The notes under the pieces were generated by a model, which was given only the letters and a program-made list of their open reading frames with translations, searched no databases and was not told where the DNA came from. Positions 31,070-38,175 of a stretch of 64,000 bases of DNA are shown piece by piece. Where the stretch lies: assembly GCA_046758905.1 (NCBI GenBank), contig JBHIBC010000005.1:4656-68655 (forward strand), written 5' to 3'. The position numbers and the translations under genes were made by a program. Position 1 is the stretch's first letter, and each line of letters begins with the position of its first letter. This DNA comes from Acidobacteriota bacterium (lineage in GTDB: Bacteria; Acidobacteriota; Polarisedimenticolia; Gp22-AA2).

Positions 31070-31837
31070 TTGAGCGGTTCCGATCTCGATGTCAGCCGCG
31101 ACCGGTTCGACGCGGTCCTGCTCGACCTCGACGGCGTCCTGACGGCGACCGCCCGGATGCACGCGGCCTGCTGGAAGGCGATGTTCGACGCCTTCCTCAG
31201 CCGCCGGGCGGCGGCACGGGGAGAGCCGTTCGAGCCGTTCGACGCACAGTCCGACTACAGGCTGTACGTGGACGGGAGGCCCCGCTACGAGGGCGTGCGC
31301 AGCTTCCTCGAGTCCCGGAGCATCGGGCTGCCACACGGCGATCCCGCCGACCCCCCGGACGCCGAGACGATCTGCGGCCTGGGGAACCGCAAGAACGACC
31401 TGGTCAGGGAGGCGATCGCGTCGGGCGGGGTCGAGGTCTACGACGACTCCGTGGCCTGGGTCCGGCGGCTCCGCGATGCGGGGATCAGGACGGCGGTGGT
31501 CTCCTCGAGCCGCAACTGCGAGGCCATCCTGCGCGCCGCGGGGATCGCCGGCCTGTTCGACCTGCGGCTCGACGGGGAGGAGGCCGCCCGGCGCCGGCTG
31601 GCCGGCAAGCCGGCCCCCGACACCTTTCTGGAGGCCGCGAGACGGCTCGGGGTCGAGCCGCGGCGGGCCGTGGTCGTCGAGGATGCCATCTCCGGCGTCC
31701 GGGCCGGCCGCGCCGGCGGATTCGGCCTGGTGATCGGCCTCGCGCGGCAAGGGGACGCCGAGGCGCTCAGGCGCGCCGGCGCCGATCTCGTGGTGCGCGA
31801 GCTGGGCGAGCTCCTCCCGGGGCGGACCGCGGTGTGA
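31070..31837 (+). CDS. HAD-superfamily hydrolase, beta-phosphoglucomutase-like subfamily
   Basis: TTG start after GAGGGAGG. HAD motif I LLDLDGVLT, motif II VVSSS, motif III K...(GKPAPD), motif IV VVVEDAISGVRAG. Confidence 0.7.
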   Translation: MSGSDLDVSRDRFDAVLLDLDGVLTATARMHAACWKAMFDAFLSRRAAARGEPFEPFDAQSDYRLYVDGRPRYEGVRSFLESRSIGLPHGDPADPPDAETICGLGNRKNDLVREAIASGGVEVYDDSVAWVRRLRDAGIRTAVVSSSRNCEAILRAAGIAGLFDLRLDGEEAARRRLAGKPAPDTFLEAARRLGVEPRRAVVVEDAISGVRAGRAGGFGLVIGLARQGDAEALRRAGADLVVRELGELLPGRTAV

Positions 31838-31937
31838 TCCGCGCGGGCCGCGCGCCGGGCTCGCGTCCTGGTATATGATTCAGATCGGCGCGAGCGCGCG
31901 ACGGGGCGCGCGGATCTGGTCCGGGCCACCCGAGCGC

Positions 31938-32014
31938 GGGCCCATAGCTCAGTCCGGTAAGAGCAGCTGACTCATAATCAGTTGGTCCCTGGTTCGAATC
32001 CAGGTGGGCCCACC
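31938..32014 (+). tRNA. tRNA-Met (anticodon CAT; elongator-type, Ile-lysidine alternative not excluded)
   Basis: Cloverleaf folds by hand. Acceptor GGGCCCA/TGGGCCC, D-arm GCTC..GAGC, anticodon stem GCTGA/TCAGT with loop CTCATAA (CAT at 34-36), T-arm GGTTCGAATCC, discriminator A, CC encoded. G1-C72 paired, so not an initiator. Confidence 0.85.
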
Positions 32015-32075
32015 GACCGCTCCCTTCCCCCGGTCCGGCGTTCCGCGTTCCCGGGGAGGGCGGTCCCGCGACCGC

Positions 32076-32708
32076 TCAGGCTCCCTTCCTCCGCGTGTAG
32101 ACGATCTCCAGGTTCTTGAATTCCTTCCCGTCGGGGGTCGTGGCGAACATCTCGACGACGTACTTGTCGTCGCTGATGATCCGGGTGATCGACCGCATGG
32201 TCTCCTCCGAGCCGGTGGCCGGGTTGATGTAGCTCCCGCTCATCCGCAGGACCTTCCCGTCCTCCTCGCAGGTCCCCTCGCTCGGGTACATGAAGGTGCC
32301 CATCGAGTCGATCCAGATGTCGGTGTGCTTGCGCTTGAGGTTGTCGTACCCGCTGATGCCGATCCCCTCGAACTTCTGGCCCATGTACTCGCCCGTGAAG
32401 GTCGTCTGGAGGAAGCGGCCGCCGAGCGCCAGCTTTTGGACCGCCGTCCCTCTCGAGACCGTCGGCTCCGCGTCCGGGCCGCCCGTCCAGTTCTTCACCA
32501 CGGCGTCCCATGTGCCGGCGAGCTTGGCGAGATGCGCGTGGTGCTCGCCGGGCTGGGCGTACTTGGCGAACGCCGCCATGATGTCCTGCTGCTCGGGACT
32601 CGCTCCGGCCTTCTCGCCCGTCTCCCGCCCGCCGGCCAGAGCCGGGCCGGAGGCGAGAAGGGCGACGCCGACGAGCGCCGTCACTGTGAGAAGAGATCCT
32701 GTCCTCAT
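32076..32708 (-). CDS. Secreted hypothetical protein, DUF1579-like
   Basis: 210 aa; AGGGAGGG RBS; signal peptide MRTGSLLTVTALVGVALLASGPALA. The ...LAKLAGTWDAVVKNW... motif resembles DUF1579; assignment by recollection only. Confidence 0.5.
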   Translation of the reverse strand: MRTGSLLTVTALVGVALLASGPALAGGRETGEKAGASPEQQDIMAAFAKYAQPGEHHAHLAKLAGTWDAVVKNWTGGPDAEPTVSRGTAVQKLALGGRFLQTTFTGEYMGQKFEGIGISGYDNLKRKHTDIWIDSMGTFMYPSEGTCEEDGKVLRMSGSYINPATGSEETMRSITRIISDDKYVVEMFATTPDGKEFKNLEIVYTRRKGA

Positions 32709-32904
32709 GGAGACCCTCCCTGAATGGCTCCGCGGACGGAGGAGCCGGGGAAGCGACTTGCGAGTGGAACGGGCGCAGGCTAGCCCGGGAGCTCCCGCCG
32801 CGTCAAGAGGCCGACCCCGCGGGGCCGGGCGTATACTTCGGGCCGCCCATCTCGCACCGACCCGGGGGGCGCGCGCCGACCCCTTCGGAGAACAGGAGGG
32901 CACC

Positions 32905-34572
32905 ATGAACCGGGACCGATTCTCGGCCGAAACGCTCGTCTACGTCCTCGTCGGGATCGTCTTTCTGTGGATCTTCATCGCCTATTATCCGGCGGCCTTC
33001 CCGCAGGCCTCGATCCGCCTGGGCGTGACGCGCGACGAGGCCCGTCGGATCGCCGCCCGCTTCCTCGAGGAGCGCGGCTACGACCTCTCCGGGTACGAGA
33101 GCGCCGTGGTCTTCGACGCCGACAACACCGGGGCCGTCTTCCTGCAGAAGACGCAGGGGATGGAGCGGGCCAACCGGCTGATGGAGGGGGACGTGCCGAT
33201 CTGGCGCTGGCGCTGCCGCTGGTTCCGCTCCGCTGAGAAGGAGGAGTACCGCGTCTACGTCGACCCGTCCGGGGAGGTGATCCGCTTCCTGCACGCGATC
33301 GAGGACGACAAGGAGGGCGCCACCATCCCGCAGGAGGAGGGCGAGACGATGGCGTCGGAGTTCGTGGCGGGCGTGATGGGGATCGACCTGTCGGAGTACG
33401 AGCGGGTGGAAGCGTCCACCAAGAAGCAGGAGAACCGGACCGACCATCACTTCGAGTGGAAGAGGACCGGCTTCGAGATCGCCTGGAAGGGGGGGGACCC
33501 CGAGGCCGGGACGGGGACCCTGCGGGTGCGGGCGAGCGTGCGCGGGGACGAGGTCGGCGGCGTGCGGCGCTATTTCAAGACCCCGGAGGCGTTCGCCCGC
33601 GAATTCGAGAAGGTCCAGTCGCGGGGGGTGCTGCTCGCGCTCATCAGCACCGTCCTGATGTTCCTGACCGGCGTCGCGGCGCTGGTGGTGTTCATCATCA
33701 AGTACAAGGCGGGCGCCATCCACTGGCGGTTCGCCCTCGTGTTCGCGGGGCTGATCATGGCGCTGTACACGCTGCACACCCTCAACGCCTTCCCCGTGGT
33801 CAAGTCGAGCTACCAGACGACCATGGACTACGCCGTGTTCGTCGGCATCGTGGCGGCCGCGACCGTGCTGGTGAGCGTGATCTACGGCGGGTTCATCCTG
33901 TTCACCGGCGCCTCCGGCCACGCCCTGACCCGCGACCTGTACCCGAGCAGCCTGGGGACGCTCGAGCGGCTGCTGCGGGGGCGGATCTTCACCCGCTCGT
34001 TCTTCTTCTCCTCGGTCCGCGGCTACGCGCTGGCGTTCTTCTTCCTCGGCTACGTGACCCTGTTCTACTTGTTCGGACGCCGGTACCTGGGCGTCTTCCT
34101 GCCCGCCGAGGGGCCGTACTCGAACCTGCTCGGGACCCACCTGCCGTGGCTGGCGCCGCTGGCGGTCTCGCTGCTCGCGGCGGTGTCGGAGGAGTTCGTC
34201 TCCCGCCTGTTCTCGATCTCCTTCCTGAAGCGCTACCTGAGGCTGACCTGGCTGGCCCTGCTGATCCCGGCGGCCATCTGGGCCTTCGCACACTCCAGCT
34301 ATCCGGTGTTCCCCGTCTACGTGCGGGGGATCGAGCTGACGATCGCGGGGGTGATCTTCGGGATATTCTTCCTGCGGTTCAACATCATGACCTGCGTCGT
34401 GGCCCACTACGTGATCGACGCGGTGTTCCTCGGGATGCCGCTGCTCCGGTCGGGACACACCTACTACGTCGTCACCGGCGCCGTCGTCTGCCTGCTCGCG
34501 GCGGTCCCGCTCCTGGTCGGGATGACCGGGATGGCGCGCAACGAGCCGGATTCGGGCCCGGCCGCGGCGTAG
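32905..34572 (+). CDS. CPBP-family intramembrane metalloprotease (CAAX protease/Abi-like) with about 250-aa N-terminal extension
   Basis: AGGAGGG RBS. CPBP motifs 1-3: SEEFVSRLF (EExxxR), WAFAHSS (FxxxH), VAHYVIDAVF (HxxxN/D), within a multi-TM C-terminal half. Confidence 0.7.
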   Translation: MNRDRFSAETLVYVLVGIVFLWIFIAYYPAAFPQASIRLGVTRDEARRIAARFLEERGYDLSGYESAVVFDADNTGAVFLQKTQGMERANRLMEGDVPIWRWRCRWFRSAEKEEYRVYVDPSGEVIRFLHAIEDDKEGATIPQEEGETMASEFVAGVMGIDLSEYERVEASTKKQENRTDHHFEWKRTGFEIAWKGGDPEAGTGTLRVRASVRGDEVGGVRRYFKTPEAFAREFEKVQSRGVLLALISTVLMFLTGVAALVVFIIKYKAGAIHWRFALVFAGLIMALYTLHTLNAFPVVKSSYQTTMDYAVFVGIVAAATVLVSVIYGGFILFTGASGHALTRDLYPSSLGTLERLLRGRIFTRSFFFSSVRGYALAFFFLGYVTLFYLFGRRYLGVFLPAEGPYSNLLGTHLPWLAPLAVSLLAAVSEEFVSRLFSISFLKRYLRLTWLALLIPAAIWAFAHSSYPVFPVYVRGIELTIAGVIFGIFFLRFNIMTCVVAHYVIDAVFLGMPLLRSGHTYYVVTGAVVCLLAAVPLLVGMTGMARNEPDSGPAAA

Positions 34573-34680
34573 GGGATCCTCGCGGGCGGCGCGGACGGAG
34601 GGCTCGATCGCGCCCCGCCGGCTCATCCGGCGAGGGGAGATCGGCAGGGCCGGCCGGAGCGTCCAGGGAAGGGTCGAGCC

Positions 34681-35823
34681 TCACGCTCGCCGGGACTCCC
34701 GGCCCCGCTGCAGCCAGAAGCGGAGTCCCCCCCGGTGCAGGGCGCGCTCGAAGTGGTCGCCGTCGGGCGACAGCCCGTCGTATCCGCGGCGCAGCAGGAC
34801 CTCGATCATCGGCTCGAGCTGCCGGCCGTAGCGGCGCATGCAGGCCTCGGGATGGATCCCGGGCCAGGAGTAGCACGACACGACCGTGCGGCGGTGCCCG
34901 GAGGGGATGGAGGGCGGGACGGTGGCGTCCCAGTCCGGGTCGTCCGGGGCGAACAGGTACTTGTCGAGGTTCCCCTGCGGGATGCCCTCCAGGCCGCGCA
35001 CCACCGGCGGGTCGGTGTCGAGCGTGTACGGATCGACCGCCAGGTCGGCGACCACGGCGTGCTCCGGGAGCCAGCCCAGCCAGGCGTTCGGGATCACCGG
35101 CACGGATGGGTCGTAGCGCTGGCTGGCGTCGACCAGGACGTCGGTGCGGCGCATCAGCCGCTCCATGGTGGCGGCGTGGACCGTCCTGTTGCGGCCGGCG
35201 GTCAGGACGATGACGCCCGGGCCGCCGCCCTCGATGTGCCGGTTGTTGCGCTCGACGCTCCCGAGCTTGGTCGCGGCGTCGACCGCGTCCTTCCCGACCA
35301 TCCCGGAGCCGAGGACCAGCACCCGGATCGGGCCGCCGTCCGGCTTCATGAGCCCGGGGCAGCGCCGCTCCAGCACGTCGAAGGCCGCCTCCAGGCCGTT
35401 CCAGGCCACCGCCCGCATGTTCTCCACCAGGCGCTCGCTCGAGTCGTTCTCGATCCCGTCGAGCGAGATCGCCCGCAGCCCCAGCTCCCGGAGCAGGGCG
35501 ACGCGCCGCGGGCGGGTCGGGAAGTGCAGCATCGAGATGAGGCAGCCCCCCCGGCGCAGCAGGCTGAGCTCGCGCGGCTCGGGCGAGCGCAGCACGAGCA
35601 CCAGATCCTGACCGAAGGCCTCCTCCCGCGAGCACTCCCGCACGGCCGCGCCGGCGCGCCGGTAGTCGTCGAGGCTGTATCCGGAGCGCGAGCCGCACCC
35701 CGCCTCGAGGTGCGCGGTCACCCCCCGCCGGGCGAGGCGCCGGACGAACTCCGGGAGGAAGGCGCGCCGCTCCCCCCGCTCCTTCATCATGCGCGGGAAG
35801 CCGATCGTCCTCGGCAGGCTCAC
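34681..35823 (-). CDS. AlaDH/PNT-domain NAD(P)-dependent dehydrogenase (CEOS/saccharopine-dehydrogenase-like), paralog A
   Basis: GTG start at 35823..35821 overlapping the stop of the upstream paralog (GTGA). N-terminal AlaDH/PNT-N pattern (GFPRMMKERGERRAFLPEFVRRLARRG...VLVLRSP), Rossmann VLVLGSGMVGKDAV, distinct C-terminal SCYSWPG region. 380 aa. Confidence 0.6.
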   Translation of the reverse strand: MSLPRTIGFPRMMKERGERRAFLPEFVRRLARRGVTAHLEAGCGSRSGYSLDDYRRAGAAVRECSREEAFGQDLVLVLRSPEPRELSLLRRGGCLISMLHFPTRPRRVALLRELGLRAISLDGIENDSSERLVENMRAVAWNGLEAAFDVLERRCPGLMKPDGGPIRVLVLGSGMVGKDAVDAATKLGSVERNNRHIEGGGPGVIVLTAGRNRTVHAATMERLMRRTDVLVDASQRYDPSVPVIPNAWLGWLPEHAVVADLAVDPYTLDTDPPVVRGLEGIPQGNLDKYLFAPDDPDWDATVPPSIPSGHRRTVVSCYSWPGIHPEACMRRYGRQLEPMIEVLLRRGYDGLSPDGDHFERALHRGGLRFWLQRGRESRRA

Positions 35824-37008
35824 GACGGGAGCCTCGCGGCCGCCGGCGGCGCGCCCCCGCCGGCCGCCGAGGTCGTGCGGCTCGCGGGCGGCAGGCGGGA
35901 CAGCCGCGCCCGCGCGATCGCCCGCTCGAAGAACTTCCCTGCCGGTGAGATCTCGGCGACGCCGCCCTTCTCGATCAGCACGCGCAGGATCGGCCGCAGC
36001 TGCCGGCCGTAGACCTCCATGCACTCGCGAGGATACAGGCCCGGCCAGGAGTAGCAGGAGACGACGTGACGGCGGTGCCGGCGATCCAGCATCGGGGGGA
36101 GATCGTCGAACGCCGGATCGTCGGGCGCGAAGACGTACCCGTCGAGGTCCCCCTGCGGGATCCCCTCGATCCCCTTGACGAGGGGAGGGTCGCTCGCGAG
36201 GTCGTAGGGGTCGACCGACAGATCCAGGATGACGGCGTGCCGCGGAAGGTACGCGATCCAGCGGTTCGGGATGATCGGGCGGCTGGGGTCGGGCCGCCGC
36301 GTCGCGTCCACCAGGACGTCGGTGCGCTCCAGGATCTCCCGCATCAGCGCCGCGTGGGCGGTGATGTCGTGGTCCACCACACTGACCTGCACCCCCGGGG
36401 ACGCCCGCGGCGGCCAGCCGCGCCCGCAGCTCCTCGTCGCCGTAGCGGACCGCCGCGCGCACCGCGCGGCTCCCCACGGCCCCCGCCCCCAGCACGCTCA
36501 CGCGGATCGGCGGCCGCGCCGGGTCGTCGAGCCGGCCGCCGGGATAGGTCCCGCGCAGGGTCCGGAACGCCGTCTGGATGCCGTTCCAGGCGACCGCGGG
36601 CAGGTTCTCGACGAGGCGCCGCCCGGTGTCGTCGCTGATGGCGTCGAGCGAGATCGCCTCGAGGCCGAGCGAGCGCAAAAGCTCCGCGCGCTACGGCCGG
36701 GTCGGGAAGTGCAGCATGGACATCAGGCATGCGCCGCGCCGCATCGAGCGGATGTCCTCGTCGCGCGGGCAGCGCAGCACCAGGACGTAGTCCTGCCGGA
36801 AGGTCTCCTCGCGGGAGGCGAGGCGGGCCCCCGGTGCGGTCTCCAGATAGTCGCGCTCGTCGAACCCCATCCCGGAGCCGTAGCCGCGCTCCAAGACGGC
36901 CGCGGCCCCCCGGCGCTGGAGCAGGGAGATGAACTGCGGCAGGAAATCGCGCCGCTCCCCGGGCTCCTCCCGCATCCGGGGGAAGCCGACCCGCAGTCTC
37001 GGTGTCAT
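35820..37008 (-). pseudogene. AlaDH/PNT-domain dehydrogenase paralog B, disrupted (in-frame TAG at 36693..36691 plus +1 frameshift in a G5 run near 36396)
   Basis: Three ORF pieces (36691..37008, part of 34681..36678 frame, 35820..36392) together align collinearly to paralog A. The TAG replaces the Arg codon in conserved MLHFPTRP(R)R; the frame changes inside CCCCGGGGGTGCAG. Confidence 0.5.
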
Positions 37009-37082
37009 CTCCCTCCCCGGGCGCCGCGCGGCCGCGCTCCGGCGGCGTCCGTCCGGCGCGCCGTCCGCTCCCTCGGGGGCCT

Positions 37083-37913
37083 CTACGCCGCCGGCTTGCG
37101 GTACTTGTGCACGAACCGGTGGATGAAGTAGCGGTGGATCGGGGCGTCGTCCTCCCGCCCGTCGAAGTCGTAGGTGTCGCCGGGGTTCACCAGCAGGTCG
37201 GATGTCCCGGCCAGCTCGAACCCGGCCGCGGTGATCTCCCGGATCACCAGGTCCTCGTTGATCCGGTGGTACGGCTCGTCCACCCCCTCCTTGGGCGTGT
37301 ACGCCTCGACCACCCCGAGGATGCCGCCCGGCTTGAGGGCCCGCAGCAGCTCCGGCAGGACCGCGGTGCGCGCCGCCTCGTCCCCGAGGTCGTGATAGTT
37401 GCGGACCGTGATCATCACGTCGATGCTGTCGTCCGCCAGCTCGCTCAGGGGGCCGACGATCTCGACGTTTCTCAGCCCCCCGGCCTCGATCCGCTCGTTC
37501 AGCGCCTCGCGGACCCGCTGCTCGTACTTCTCCTGCGTGTAGAGCGGCCCGAGCACGGCCACGACCTTCCCGTCGTCTCCGACCAGGAAGGAGAGGAGGT
37601 GGGTGTGGTAGCCGCGGCCCGGCCAGACGTCGGCGACGGTCATGCCCGGCCTGATGCCGAAGAACTCATACACCTCGATCGGCTTGAACCCGCCGTCGCG
37701 GTAACGGTCGTCCTCGGTGCGGGACGGGTGGTCGAGCACGCTCCGGTCGAGGGCCTGCGCCCTGTGCGCCGGCTCCGCCGGCTCTTCCGGCTGCTGCTTC
37801 ACCTCCACCGTGCACGCCGCCCCGGCGGCCCACAGGAGCGTCAGGCAGGCCAGCGCGAGCAGCCGAGGCGCGGCGCCGCGGCGACGGGACCCATCGAGAC
37901 ACGCTTCGGACAT
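37083..37913 (-). CDS. Exported class I SAM-dependent methyltransferase-like protein
   Basis: Start at second ATG (37913) with AAGGAGG 7 nt upstream. Signal/lipobox-like LLALACLTLLWAAGAAC. Methyltransferase fold motifs (GMTVADVWPGRGYHT, LKPGGILGV). Confidence 0.65.
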   Translation of the reverse strand: MSEACLDGSRRRGAAPRLLALACLTLLWAAGAACTVEVKQQPEEPAEPAHRAQALDRSVLDHPSRTEDDRYRDGGFKPIEVYEFFGIRPGMTVADVWPGRGYHTHLLSFLVGDDGKVVAVLGPLYTQEKYEQRVREALNERIEAGGLRNVEIVGPLSELADDSIDVMITVRNYHDLGDEAARTAVLPELLRALKPGGILGVVEAYTPKEGVDEPYHRINEDLVIREITAAGFELAGTSDLLVNPGDTYDFDGREDDAPIHRYFIHRFVHKYRKPAA

Positions 37914-38175
37914 GGGAGTCCTCCTTGCTTCATGGGACATGGTTTGTCGGCCTCGTGAGGGCCATAGGGTAGGCGGATCCGGCTCTGCTGTCCAGGCCGG
38001 CCGGGACGGGCCGGCGCCCCGTTCGGCGTCCGTCCTTACGGGGGCGCGGCCCGGTCGTATCCTCCGAGGTCGAGCCGGCGAGTCCGTCCTCTATCAGCGA
38101 TGCCGTCCGGCCCGCGCCGAGGGGACGGCCCGCGCCGAATGGACGGCCCGCGCCGGCCGCCGGGAGGGCCCGAAC

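Noticed and set aside
31938-32014. tRNA as initiator tRNA-fMet
   Set aside because: Positions 1 and 72 pair as G-C and the anticodon stem lacks the three consecutive G-C pairs typical of initiators; elongator Met (or Ile-lysidine) is the better call.
34681-36678. 665-aa ORF read as a single gene
   Set aside because: It is the out-of-frame middle of paralog B joined to the full paralog A; the two-gene interpretation is supported by collinear alignment of both paralogs and by a GTG start with GTGA stop overlap at 35820..35823.
36691-36693. In-frame TAG in paralog B as a programmed amber (pyrrolysine-type) recoding
   Set aside because: No pyl genes or other supporting evidence in the window, the gene also carries a frameshift, and the codon replaces an Arg conserved in the sister copy; pseudogenisation or sequencing error is far more likely.
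37717-38175. N-terminal 150-codon extension of the sulfatase-like ORF
   Set aside because: It overlaps the divergent methyltransferase gene and is Ala/Arg/Ser-rich. GTG at 38176 has a GGGAGGG RBS and is followed immediately by a lipoprotein signal peptide.
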